From Elusimicrobiota bacterium (GTDB lineage: Bacteria > Elusimicrobiota > Elusimicrobia > UBA1565 > UBA9628): DNA of 64,000 bases. A program made the translations under genes and the position numbers. Location: assembly GCA_035534315.1 (NCBI GenBank), contig DATLSD010000006.1, forward strand, positions 10,839 to 74,838. The letters run 5' to 3'. The notes below the pieces were generated by a model. It saw only the letters and a list, made by a program, of their open reading frames with translations, searched no databases and was not told where the DNA came from. Below, in pieces: positions 51,569 to 60,632 of the stretch (positions are counted from its first letter, which is position 1; each line of letters begins with the position of its first letter).

Positions 51569-52000
51569 ATGCAACGCAAGGCATCGGCCGTCTGGCAGGG
51601 AGACTTGAAGTCGGGCAAGGGCAGCTTGTCCACGGAGACGGGCACGCTCAAGAGCGCACCCTATTCCTTTTCCACGCGCTTTGAAAACGGCGCCGGCACC
51701 AATCCCGAGGAGCTTCTGGCCGCGGCCCACGCCGGGTGCTTCACCATGGCGCTCTCGGCCCAGCTCGCCAGCCGGGGCATGACGGCCGCCAGGCTCGAGA
51801 CCTCCTGCACCATTACCTTGGAGAAAGTGGGCGACGCGTTTTCCATCACCAAGAGCCAGCTGGAGCTGACCGCGCACATTCCCAACGCCGACCAGGCCAA
51901 GTTCAACGACGCGGTCAAGGCCGCCGAGACGGGCTGCCCCGTGAGCAAGCTCTACAACGCCGCGATTTCCGTCAACGCGAGGCTGGTGACGGCGGTCTAG
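51569..52000 (+). CDS. OsmC/Ohr-family peroxiredoxin
   Basis: 143 aa with two Cys (HAGCFTMALS, ETGCPVS), as in OsmC. Confidence 0.8.
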   Translation: MQRKASAVWQGDLKSGKGSLSTETGTLKSAPYSFSTRFENGAGTNPEELLAAAHAGCFTMALSAQLASRGMTAARLETSCTITLEKVGDAFSITKSQLELTAHIPNADQAKFNDAVKAAETGCPVSKLYNAAISVNARLVTAV

Positions 52001-52725
52001 AAGGTCTTGACCAGCGCCACGGTCGTTCCCAGCCCGTAATAGCCGACGCCGTTCCTGTCGCCAATGGAGCGCAGGCCGTCCAAGGCGGCGTTGACGCGCC
52101 AGCTAGTGTTGGGAATCTGCCACTCGTAGCCCAGGCCCACGTCCCAGGCGGCGGAGGTTCCCACGATGGGCGAGGAAAAATCAGACCCGGGCGCGCCGGA
52201 GACCTGCGACGCGGCCAGGCCCAGGCGCAGGAGCACGTAGCGGGTCTGCGGCGTGGCCAGGGGAACCAGGGCGAGCTCGATTCCGGCGGGAACCGACCAG
52301 CGCATCAGCTCCGCGGTGCTTCCGTTCGTCCGGTTCTGGCGCAGGGACTCGGCCTCCAATCCCGCGTAGGCGCGCAGCCAGGGAGTCAGATGGCGCTCGT
52401 AAAGCGCCCGGGCGCCGAGAGTTCCGCGCGCCGTCGGCTCGCCGCCTTTTTCAGAGAACGGGAAAAGCGTCGTGGACGCCGGGCCCAGCTCCAGCGACCA
52501 CGCGGCATGCGATGACGTCGATCGGTTCTCGGTCAGATAGACCTGCCGCACCTGGCCGGCCGGCATCGGCTGACTGGAATTCAGGTAGCGGAGAAAAGTG
52601 GCCTTGTCCTGCCGCGTCCAGGCCCGCTGATCGGCCAAGGACGGCGCCGATTGGGCTCGGCACCGCGTCCACGGCGGCAAAACAATCGCGCACAAGAGCA
52701 GCCAGCGGGCGTTTCGAGGCCTCAT
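51997..52725 (-). CDS. Small outer-membrane beta-barrel protein (OmpA-barrel/OmpW-like)
   Basis: Signal peptide MRPRNARWLLLCAIVL, alternating amphipathic strands and a C-terminal ...LVKTF. Confidence 0.4.
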   Translation of the reverse strand: MRPRNARWLLLCAIVLPPWTRCRAQSAPSLADQRAWTRQDKATFLRYLNSSQPMPAGQVRQVYLTENRSTSSHAAWSLELGPASTTLFPFSEKGGEPTARGTLGARALYERHLTPWLRAYAGLEAESLRQNRTNGSTAELMRWSVPAGIELALVPLATPQTRYVLLRLGLAASQVSGAPGSDFSSPIVGTSAAWDVGLGYEWQIPNTSWRVNAALDGLRSIGDRNGVGYYGLGTTVALVKTF

Positions 52726-52730
52726 TCGGA

Positions 52731-52747
52731 AAGGTATTATATACCTT
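52731..52747. promoter_or_regulatory. Perfect 7-3-7 inverted repeat AAGGTAT-TAT-ATACCTT in a 27-bp divergent intergenic gap
   Basis: It lies between divergent starts at 52725 (-) and 52753 (+), is AT-rich and -10-like. Likely a shared operator/promoter. Confidence 0.35.
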
Positions 52748-52752
52748 TCACG

Positions 52753-53238
52753 ATGAAACCCCGGCTCTTTGCCTTCCGCGCCAAAGCGTCTCTCGGCCTG
52801 GCCCTCCTCGCGCTCGCTCTGGCGGCGGCGCCCTGCCGGGCCAAGGCCGTCGCCCAGGCGCGGCGGGAAATTCTCGTGCAGACCTTGCGCTATTTGAACG
52901 TTCCCTATCTCTGGGGCGGCGTGCACCCCGCGACGGGCCTGGACTGCTCGGCCTTCGTCCAGCTCGTCTACCGCCGCGCCGACTTGTCCCTGCCCCGGCT
53001 CTCGCGGGAGCAGTTCGCCGCCACGCGCTACGTCAAGCCCCAGAACGTTCTGCCCGGGGACCTGGTCTTTTTCGCCATGCGCCGCTCGCATCCGCATGAG
53101 GTCGATCACGTGGGGATTTACCTGGGCAAGGGCCTCTTCATCCACGCCTCGGTCTCGGACGGCGTGCACATCGAATCCATCGCGAAGCCCTACTACATGG
53201 AGCGGCTGGTGGCCATCCGCCGCTACGCGGGATTCTAG
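52753..53238 (+). CDS. NlpC/P60 (C40) cell-wall peptidase
   Basis: Signal peptide, then the LDCSAFVQLVY Cys and downstream HVGIY/H motifs. Confidence 0.75.
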   Translation: MKPRLFAFRAKASLGLALLALALAAAPCRAKAVAQARREILVQTLRYLNVPYLWGGVHPATGLDCSAFVQLVYRRADLSLPRLSREQFAATRYVKPQNVLPGDLVFFAMRRSHPHEVDHVGIYLGKGLFIHASVSDGVHIESIAKPYYMERLVAIRRYAGF

Positions 53239-54003
53239 ATGAGACTAGACCTCGCCATCCTGGGGCTCCTGGCGCTCTTTGGCCTCTTCGGCCTGTTCTC
53301 CGGCGCCATCCGGCAGCTGGCTCAGTTGGCGGGCCTGGTCCTGGCTTATCTGGCGGCGCCGCGCGCGGCCGCGGCCCTGCTGCCGCTGGCCCAGAAGCGC
53401 GTGCACTGGCCGCCCATGCTCATTGGCCTGGCCGTTTCCGCGGCCGCGTTCCTGCTGCTCGCAACCGCGGGAAGCATCCTGGCTCGCCTGGCCATCCTCC
53501 GGCTCTTCCGCGGCCATCCCAACAAAAAGATCGACCACGGCGCCGGCCTTGTCTTGGGCGCGGGCAAGGGCGCGGCCGTGGTCTTTGCCGCGCTTTCCAT
53601 CGTGCTCTTCGTCTTCAACCCTCAAACCGAACCCCCCGGCCCGATCACCAACCTGATGGCGGGCTCCAAGGCCGTCGCCTTCGTGCGGAAGCACAATTTG
53701 TTCTCTCTCGTGCGCGTCCCGGCGCTCGACAAAATCTCGAAGCTGCTTACCGCGGCGAAGAATCCCGAGACCGCCAAAGCCTTGGCCGACAATCCTGATT
53801 TCAAGGCCCTGGTGAATGATCCCCAATTCAAGGCCGCGCTCAGCCAAGTCCCCGCCGGGCAAACGCCCACCCTCAACAACGCCGCGGCCTTGATGGACAA
53901 CCCGCGCATCCGCCAATTGCTCCAGGACCCCGCGTTCGTCAAGCACCTGCTCAAGTTCGAGGCCGCGTTCGCGAACGGCGCCGGCGCCAATTCTTCCCGC
54001 TAG
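53239..54003 (+). CDS. cvpA: CvpA-family membrane protein (colicin V production protein-like)
   Basis: N-terminal LDLAILGLLALFGLFGLFSG, four TM helices, and C-terminal DPxFKA repeats. Confidence 0.6.
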   Translation: MRLDLAILGLLALFGLFGLFSGAIRQLAQLAGLVLAYLAAPRAAAALLPLAQKRVHWPPMLIGLAVSAAAFLLLATAGSILARLAILRLFRGHPNKKIDHGAGLVLGAGKGAAVVFAALSIVLFVFNPQTEPPGPITNLMAGSKAVAFVRKHNLFSLVRVPALDKISKLLTAAKNPETAKALADNPDFKALVNDPQFKAALSQVPAGQTPTLNNAAALMDNPRIRQLLQDPAFVKHLLKFEAAFANGAGANSSR

Positions 54004-55274
54004 AGCCGCAGGAGCGGCAGAAGCCCGGCCGCGGCCAAGCCCAGCAGAAGCAGCAGGCTCGAGATTCCCGCGCGGCGCTCGGCGAAGACGTAGGCGTAGA
54101 TTCCCTTGATGGCGTTGTTGCTCGCCGCCGCGACCACGACGGCTCCCGCGGCCAGGGCCAGCGGAGTGTTGACGCCCGCCGTCTGAGTCATGCCCAGGAT
54201 GAACGGATCGACGTCGGTCACGCCCATGAGCCCGGCCACGCCGTAGATTCCGGCGTGGCCCAGGTAGGCGACGGCGAGGTGGGTAATCACCAGGACGGCC
54301 ACGAAAACGGCGGCGAAGAGAAAGGCGGCGTCCAGCTCCAGCGGATTCTTGGACAAGATGCTCCCGGACTTCGCGGCCCCTTTTTTCTCCGGCCGCCTTG
54401 CCCACAAGGCGCCCGCCGCCAGGGCGGCCGCGCCCAAAGCAACGAACGACGGCGCCAGCGCGGTCATGAGCCCGCGGTTAAAGAGCCCCAGAAGCACGAT
54501 GAGGCGCAGGTACATGACGCCCGAGGCCATCAGGATGCCGCCGGCAAAAAGATGCGGGCTTTGGCTCTCGCGCGAGCGCTTGGCCAAGGTCACCGTGGTC
54601 ACGGTCGAGGAGTAGGCGCCCCCCAGCACGGCCGAGGCCAGCACGCCGCCCCGGTCCTTGAGCATCTTCTGCAGGAGATAGCTGCCGTAGGAAACGGCGC
54701 TCACGGCCACCACCACGAGCCAGGTCTTGTAGGGATTGATCTGAAAAGACGTAAAATCGCGATTGGGAACCGCGGGCAAAATGACCGCCGAGAGCAGCAG
54801 AAATTTCGTGAAGGCCAGGATTTCGTCGCCCGCGAAGCGCCGGGAGAGGCTCTCGAGCGTCGTTTTCAGCTGGAGCAGCAGCATGCTCAGAACCACCAGC
54901 GTCACGGCGACCCAGTCGTAGCCGCGCTGGACCAAGGCGCCCACCAGATAAGTGATGAGCGCCGAGACCTCGGTGGTCAAGCCCGCGCCGGTCCGGCTCT
55001 GCAGCTTGTGCCAAAAAGAAAGCGCCATCAAGCCGCCCACGACGGCCAGGCCAACGACGAGCGGCAGCAGGTCCGGACCGGAAAGCAGCGCGAGCGCGTA
55101 GCCCATCAAGCCCAGCATGGGGAACGTGCGCACGCCGCCGAACGAATAGGGCGCGTCGCTCTTGTGCTCTTCCCGCTCCAGGCCGATGAGGAAGCACAAA
55201 AACAGCGCGAGCAGGATCTTGACGCCTTCGGGCGGGACCAGCGCGACGAGTTGGGACATAATGGGAGCGCACAA
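54000..55274 (-). CDS. MgtC/SapB-family membrane protein with DUF4010 domain
   Basis: LALFLCFLIGLEREEH MgtC N-terminal motif in a polytopic 424-aa protein. Confidence 0.6.
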   Translation of the reverse strand: MCAPIMSQLVALVPPEGVKILLALFLCFLIGLEREEHKSDAPYSFGGVRTFPMLGLMGYALALLSGPDLLPLVVGLAVVGGLMALSFWHKLQSRTGAGLTTEVSALITYLVGALVQRGYDWVAVTLVVLSMLLLQLKTTLESLSRRFAGDEILAFTKFLLLSAVILPAVPNRDFTSFQINPYKTWLVVVAVSAVSYGSYLLQKMLKDRGGVLASAVLGGAYSSTVTTVTLAKRSRESQSPHLFAGGILMASGVMYLRLIVLLGLFNRGLMTALAPSFVALGAAALAAGALWARRPEKKGAAKSGSILSKNPLELDAAFLFAAVFVAVLVITHLAVAYLGHAGIYGVAGLMGVTDVDPFILGMTQTAGVNTPLALAAGAVVVAAASNNAIKGIYAYVFAERRAGISSLLLLLGLAAAGLLPLLRL

Positions 55275-55324
55275 GGAGTATAGCCGGGATGCCGGCGGGG
55301 GTCAATGACCCCAGATCAGCGGAT

Positions 55325-57022
55325 TCACGCGTACTTGGGGTACTCGGGCTTGTACTGCCTTGACTCAACGGCGGCCGCCAGGTCCCTAGGCCGCGGCTCG
55401 GCGGCTAAACCCCGCTGGTAGGCGATTTCCGCCGTCGCCGCCGCGATCAGCGCCGAGACTTCGCGAATCCGGCCGAGCGACGGATAGAGGCAGCCTTCCC
55501 GCAGCTCGTCGTCCGTGACGGAGCGCGCCAGGATGCGCGCAGCCTCCATAAACATCTCGTCGGTCATTCTCTTGGCGCCGGAGACGACCACGCCCATTCC
55601 CACGCCGGGGAAAATGTAGACGTTGTTCCCCTGGCCGGGCACCAAGCGCTTGCCCTCCCGCTCCACCGGCGCGAACGGGCTGCCGCCCGCGAAAAGAGCC
55701 TTGTCTCCCGACCAGCGATAGGCCTCTTCGGCGGTGCATTCGGAATTCGCGGTCGGATTTGAAAGCGCGAATATGACGGGTCTTTCGTTGATGCGGGACA
55801 TTTCCGCGACGACTTCACGGGTAAACTGCCCCGCCTTGCCCGACACGCCGATGAGGACGGTCGGCTCGAGTTCGCGGACGGCCGAGAGCAAATCCCCGAC
55901 GGGCTTATGCGCGTGGGCATAGGGCTTCTTGTAGTCGCCGAGATCCGCGCGCCCGCTTTCCACCAAGGCCTTCGAGTCCATGAACCAGCAGCGGGCCATC
56001 GCGTCCTTTTTTTCAAGGCCTTGGGCCGTCATGGCGGCGACGATGAGGTTGCCGATGCCGATGGCCGCTCCGCCCGCGCCATGGAACAATATCTTCTCGT
56101 CGCGCAGGCGCCGGCCGGTGATGCGCCCGGCCGAATAAAGCCCGGCCAGGGCGACCGCGGCGGTCCCTTGGATGTCGTCGTTGAAGCAGCAGACGCGGCC
56201 GCGGTAGCGCTCAAGAAGGCGAAGGGCGTTGCGATTGGCGAAATCCTCGAACTGAATCAGGGCTTTGGGGAACTCCTCTTGAACGGCCTGGATGAACTCA
56301 TCCGCCAGTTCGTCGTAATCCCCGCCCGTGCTTCGCCGCTCGCGCAGCCCGAGGTAGAGCGGATCGGCGAGCAGCGCCTCGTTGTTAGTGCCCACGTCGA
56401 GAACGACCGGCAGGGTTTGCTCGGGAGGAACTCCGCCGCAGGCCGTGTAGAGGGAAAGCTTGCCCACCGGAATGCCCATGCCGTTGCAGCCCAAATCGCC
56501 CAGGCCGAGGATGCGTTCGCCGTCCGTGACGACGATGACGCGGACGTCCCGGTGGGGCCAGTTGCGAAAAACCTCCCGGAACATTCCTTTTTCGCGCCGG
56601 CTCAGGAACACGCCGCGGGAACGGCGGAAGGCGTGGGCGTACTGCTGGCAGCCTTGGCCGACGGTCGGCGTGTAGATGATGGGCATCAACTCCTCGATGT
56701 TTTCGGTCACGACCTTGTAAAAAAGGGTCGTATTGCGATCGAGCAGGGAGAGCAAGTCGATGTATCTGTCGATGTCCGTCGGACGCCCGCGGACGTTCGC
56801 CATGACGCGCGTGGCCTGCTGCTCCGGACTCGAGACCGCCGGAGGCAGGAGCCCCAGGATGCCCAGACGCGCGCGCTCTTCGCGCGTGAACGCCGTTCCT
56901 TTATTAAGCAAGGGATCGTGGAGAAGATCGGCCCCGAACTTCTTCCGCGCGGGCTCCTGGCTGGGAACTTGCTTCTTATCTTCTTTTACCATAGAGAAAA
57001 CCGGACCCGGCCGACGCGCCAA
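55325..57022 (-). CDS. maeA: NAD-dependent malic enzyme
   Basis: LLNKGTAFT, FNDDIQGTAAVA and GAGGAAIGI motifs. Confidence 0.9.
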   Translation of the reverse strand: MARRPGPVFSMVKEDKKQVPSQEPARKKFGADLLHDPLLNKGTAFTREERARLGILGLLPPAVSSPEQQATRVMANVRGRPTDIDRYIDLLSLLDRNTTLFYKVVTENIEELMPIIYTPTVGQGCQQYAHAFRRSRGVFLSRREKGMFREVFRNWPHRDVRVIVVTDGERILGLGDLGCNGMGIPVGKLSLYTACGGVPPEQTLPVVLDVGTNNEALLADPLYLGLRERRSTGGDYDELADEFIQAVQEEFPKALIQFEDFANRNALRLLERYRGRVCCFNDDIQGTAAVALAGLYSAGRITGRRLRDEKILFHGAGGAAIGIGNLIVAAMTAQGLEKKDAMARCWFMDSKALVESGRADLGDYKKPYAHAHKPVGDLLSAVRELEPTVLIGVSGKAGQFTREVVAEMSRINERPVIFALSNPTANSECTAEEAYRWSGDKALFAGGSPFAPVEREGKRLVPGQGNNVYIFPGVGMGVVVSGAKRMTDEMFMEAARILARSVTDDELREGCLYPSLGRIREVSALIAAATAEIAYQRGLAAEPRPRDLAAAVESRQYKPEYPKYA

Positions 57023-57028
57023 CCGGCC

Positions 57029-58063
57029 CTAGCGGCCGTCGAAATCGCCGGCGGCGGACTTAAGGCGCCCGAGCGCCTTTTGGGTGGAAGCAACGTTCAC
57101 GCCAGGCCGAGACCGGGCGAACATCAAGCCGGACAAGGCCTTCAGGATAGGCCCCACCTCGGTCACGTCCTCTCCCGCGCAGTTGGAATTCGGCGCGAAG
57201 CCGGCGTCCGGGCATCGGGCGGTGGTGCGGCGGTAGAGACCAAAGGGCCGCAGCAGAATAAATCCGTGCTTGACGAAATCGGGCTCGCCCCGAACCAGGA
57301 AGCCCTCAACTAAGTCCGTGCGCGCGTCGAAGACCGGAGAGCCCGAGTTTCCGGCGGCGTCGTCCAAGTCGGCCGAAAAATAGCCCGAGGTAGAAAGGGA
57401 AACGATGCGCGCGTTCTCGGAGACCTTCGCGGGAAGCCCGGAAGGATAGCCGATCATGAAGAGGGGCTCCCCCACCCGCGGATGGGCGTCTTTATCAAGC
57501 GCCAGGGGCGGATGATTGGGCACCGGGCGGTCGAGCCGCACCAGGGACCAATCCTGCCCGTTGTCCGTGTATTTCCGGGCGATGAGGCCGGCGCAGCCGT
57601 AGACCTCGGAGGCGGGAACCGAAGACAAGCTGGAATCCGGGCGGCTGAGCGAAAAACCGAAGACAAACTCCGTGTCGCGGCAATCCTTCGCCGAAGTGAC
57701 GCAGTGGCCCGCGGTGGCGACCACGTCCGGGCTGATGAGGGCCCCGGAGCAAAACGCCCCGTCGGGCTCGCTGTAAAAACGCTCACGGCTCTCAAGCTTA
57801 TAGTCCTTGCCGTAAACGCCGTTTTTCAGATAGGCCGTTCCGCCTTTGATTGCGACGTCTTCCTTATAAAAGAGCGCGGGCGCCGAGCCGGCCAGGGCCT
57901 GGAGCCGCGCCTGAACCTGATAGAGATCATGGCGGTCGTCGCGGCCGTAAATCATGGGTTGGGGCACGGCCCCAAAACGCGGCGCGGCCCGCAGACGCGG
58001 CGCGGCGGCCAGGAAAAACCCGGCCGCCAGGAGAAGCGTCTTTCGCCTGCAAGTCATGCTCAT
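57029..58063 (-). CDS. Secreted trypsin-like (S1) serine protease
   Basis: Signal peptide; ATAGHCV (His) and GNSGSPVF (Ser) motifs. Confidence 0.75.
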   Translation of the reverse strand: MSMTCRRKTLLLAAGFFLAAAPRLRAAPRFGAVPQPMIYGRDDRHDLYQVQARLQALAGSAPALFYKEDVAIKGGTAYLKNGVYGKDYKLESRERFYSEPDGAFCSGALISPDVVATAGHCVTSAKDCRDTEFVFGFSLSRPDSSLSSVPASEVYGCAGLIARKYTDNGQDWSLVRLDRPVPNHPPLALDKDAHPRVGEPLFMIGYPSGLPAKVSENARIVSLSTSGYFSADLDDAAGNSGSPVFDARTDLVEGFLVRGEPDFVKHGFILLRPFGLYRRTTARCPDAGFAPNSNCAGEDVTEVGPILKALSGLMFARSRPGVNVASTQKALGRLKSAAGDFDGR

Positions 58064-58164
58064 TTAGGATAGACTCTCTCTCGCGTTGGATCATGGGTCC
58101 AAAGTCCCATGCCGCGCAATTAAGCTAAAATGAGTTTTCGCCGTTATCTTATGGATAGGAACTC

Positions 58165-58629
58165 ATGAGCCGGGCTTTTACCAAGGAAGACACGGGCGAT
58201 TTCGACGAGCTGCCCGACCGCTACCAGAGCGCGTCGCCCAACTACGTGACCCGCGAGGGCCTCGCGGCCCTGCGCCGCCGGCAAGAAGAACTGCGCCAAA
58301 GCCTCGCCTCCCTGCCGAAAGAAAGCCCGCAGGCGCGGGAAGCGCGCCGCGATCTGCGCTACGTCGCGGGCCGCATCGCCGGCGCCATCTTGGTCGAGCC
58401 GCAGGCTGGCCAGGCTCACGAGATCCGCTTCGGGGCCGCGGTTGATGTGCGCTTGAAGAACGGACGGGCGCGCCGCGTCATCATCGTGGGACAGGACGAG
58501 GCGGAAGGTTCCGCCGAGAAAATCGCCTGGGATTCGGTCCTGGCCACGGCGCTTATCGGCGCCAAGGAAGGCGACCGCGTCGAGACCGAGGAAGACGGCG
58601 TCTTAGTCGTCGAGAAAATCGGCTATTGA
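58165..58629 (+). CDS. GreA/GreB-family protein (Rnk-like, C-terminal FKBP-like domain)
   Basis: 154 aa with an N-terminal coiled-coil and the GreA-C pattern GAAVDVRLKNG...IGAKEGDRVE. Confidence 0.6.
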   Translation: MSRAFTKEDTGDFDELPDRYQSASPNYVTREGLAALRRRQEELRQSLASLPKESPQAREARRDLRYVAGRIAGAILVEPQAGQAHEIRFGAAVDVRLKNGRARRVIIVGQDEAEGSAEKIAWDSVLATALIGAKEGDRVETEEDGVLVVEKIGY

Positions 58630-58649
58630 CCTTGGGCCGCGGGGGTTAA

Positions 58650-59309
58650 ATGCCGGCGATTCTTTTTGATTTGGACGGAACCCTAGTGGACAGCCTCTCC
58701 GACATCGCCGGAGCGCTCAACCATATGCGCGGCCTCCATCGGCTTTCCCCATTGCCTCTCGAAACAGTCCGAAAATTCGTCGGCCGGGGCTTGGAGCATC
58801 TCGTTAAACAGGCTTTCCCGGAGCTCAGTTCGGAGCAATCCGACGAGCTCATCGAAAAATACCGGTCCTACTATCTTGAACACGCGTGCTCCACGGGAAC
58901 GCTCTACCCCGGAGTGCGCGAAACCCTCGAGGCCCTGCGCCAAAAACCCGGCCTGAAGCTGGGAATCGTGACCAACAAGCCGAGCCTAATCGCGGACAAA
59001 ACATTGGCGCATTATCTTCCCGGATTTCATTTCGACGCGGTCGCCGGGCCGGAGCGCGTCGCCGAGCGAAAACCGAGCCCACGCCATTTGCTCGATGTGC
59101 TCGCGCGGCTTGAGGTCGAGCCGGCCGACGCCTGGTATGTCGGCGACCATCCCGTGGACGAGCAATGCGCCCGGGCCGCGGGCGTGCGTTTTTTAGGCGC
59201 CGGCTATGGTTTCGGCGGAATCAAGATCGACGACGCCCGGATGATTCAATCGTTTCCGCAAATCCTCGTCAAAGCGCCGGCGCAGGACGTCATGGGAAGA
59301 CGGGGATAA
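58650..59309 (+). CDS. gph: HAD-superfamily hydrolase, phosphoglycolate phosphatase-like
   Basis: ILFDLDGTLVDS motif I, and VTNKP / GDHPVD motifs. Confidence 0.8.
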   Translation: MPAILFDLDGTLVDSLSDIAGALNHMRGLHRLSPLPLETVRKFVGRGLEHLVKQAFPELSSEQSDELIEKYRSYYLEHACSTGTLYPGVRETLEALRQKPGLKLGIVTNKPSLIADKTLAHYLPGFHFDAVAGPERVAERKPSPRHLLDVLARLEVEPADAWYVGDHPVDEQCARAAGVRFLGAGYGFGGIKIDDARMIQSFPQILVKAPAQDVMGRRG

Positions 59310-59451
59310 CGGACAAAGCGCGGGTCGCTCGCGGCCAGCCCGCATTGGAACACGGCGCTTCCCCCCTTGGTGGTCAGGCGCTTGGCATGGACGCAGCTGG
59401 CGCAGAGGCCCACGCGCGCCTCCGCCTCCCGGCGCGAGGCGCCCACCGACT

Positions 59452-60072
59452 CTAGGTCCGCGCCGCGCCGGGCAGCGCGTCCAGAAACTTTAGGACCGCG
59501 GCCTTGGCTCCCGCGAGAATCGGCTCGCCGTCTCCAGCCAAAAGCCGCTCGAAGCTAAGCGCGCGCAGCTTCTGCAGGGATTTTTCCAGCAGGTCCTGGT
59601 CCCGAATTTTTTCCCTGGGGAGAAACCGCAGCGCCCCCATGGGATCGCCGATGAGCGCGTCGCCCACGAGGAGCGTCCCGCCGTCGCCATCGATATGGAT
59701 TGCGATTTCGCCCTCGGTTTTTCCGGGCAGATGCACGATTTGGCAGCCGGCCCAGATATGGTCTCCATCCTTGAGCTTCCGGGACACCTCGAAGCCGTAC
59801 TCGTTTGTCTCGGTCTCATGCATGGCCAGGGGAATCTGATAGCGCTCCAGCCACCACTGGACGTCGCGAAGGTGGTGTTTGTTGGTCACGACGGCGAGCG
59901 TGGGTTTCTGCTTAAGTTTTTGGTCCAGGAACGCCTCGTCGCCGCCAGAGTGCGGCGGCGGGTCCACAACGATGACTTCGCCCGCGCCCACGATGAGCGT
60001 GCCGTTGAAGTTGAGCCCCTTTTCCTCGTTGAACTTGTTCCACGAATACGCGTTATCGGCTAATCGAATCAT
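59452..60072 (-). CDS. MBL-fold metallo-hydrolase-like protein
   Basis: 206 aa with VVDPPPHSGGD and HxH-like spacing (HIDGDGG). Confidence 0.5.
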   Translation of the reverse strand: MIRLADNAYSWNKFNEEKGLNFNGTLIVGAGEVIVVDPPPHSGGDEAFLDQKLKQKPTLAVVTNKHHLRDVQWWLERYQIPLAMHETETNEYGFEVSRKLKDGDHIWAGCQIVHLPGKTEGEIAIHIDGDGGTLLVGDALIGDPMGALRFLPREKIRDQDLLEKSLQKLRALSFERLLAGDGEPILAGAKAAVLKFLDALPGAART

Positions 60073-60096
60073 GAGAGCTTCGTTAGGGCTGAATAA

Positions 60097-60534
60097 TCAG
60101 CGCGGGCCCATTTTTTTCGCGGCACGGGACATTGCCTGCAAACGGCAGCCCTCCATGATCAGCAGCGTATGGCGCCTAATTTCGGCTTTCCGGCACTCAT
60201 AGTGCCGCCCGAACACGGTGAGTTGGCGGATGGCGGCATCCACGCCCGCGGGGATGACTCCGTTTTTGCCTTCCTTGCGCGCGGCGATGAATTTCTGGTC
60301 GATGACAGGGCCCAACTGCTTGTGCATTTGCGACAATTGCGAGCCGGGCCCCGCCGGAATCGTGATCGAAAAAGATTCAAGCTTGGCGCACAAAGTGTGG
60401 TGGACCGACGTGATTTCCAGGCCGCTGCAGCTCTCGGGCGCCGACGCCGGCGCTTGCGCGTAAACGGCCGCGCCGGATATGACGACCGCCGCAAGAACGA
60501 ACGATAGTCTCTTCAACATGAGATTCCTCCTCAA
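60097..60534 (-). CDS. Hypothetical secreted protein
   Basis: Signal peptide MLKRLSFVLAAVVISGAAVYAQA. Confidence 0.35.
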   Translation of the reverse strand: MRRNLMLKRLSFVLAAVVISGAAVYAQAPASAPESCSGLEITSVHHTLCAKLESFSITIPAGPGSQLSQMHKQLGPVIDQKFIAARKEGKNGVIPAGVDAAIRQLTVFGRHYECRKAEIRRHTLLIMEGCRLQAMSRAAKKMGPR

Positions 60535-60632
60535 TATTATTTTCGCAAGAAGCGCGAAAAGCCTCCGCTCCGAGTTTGATTATATAAAGAGGCCAATTTT
60601 GATGTCTATCTTGTTGATCCCGGCTTTGTCGC

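Noticed and set aside
58064-58164. CATGGG-N8-CCCATG hairpin between the S1 protease and greA-like genes
   Set aside because: Short 6-bp stem in a divergent promoter region. It is not followed by a T-run and not convincing as a terminator or operator.
59246-59446. 66-aa Cys-containing minus-strand ORF between the HAD and MBL genes
   Set aside because: It overlaps the HAD C-terminus, has no RBS and no recognisable fold. It may be a small zinc-ribbon protein but is unsupported.
60535-60632. TTTCGC-N7-GCGAAA inverted repeat in the AT-richer divergent region before the radical SAM gene
   Set aside because: Short arms, within chance expectation. Mentioned only as a weak candidate operator.
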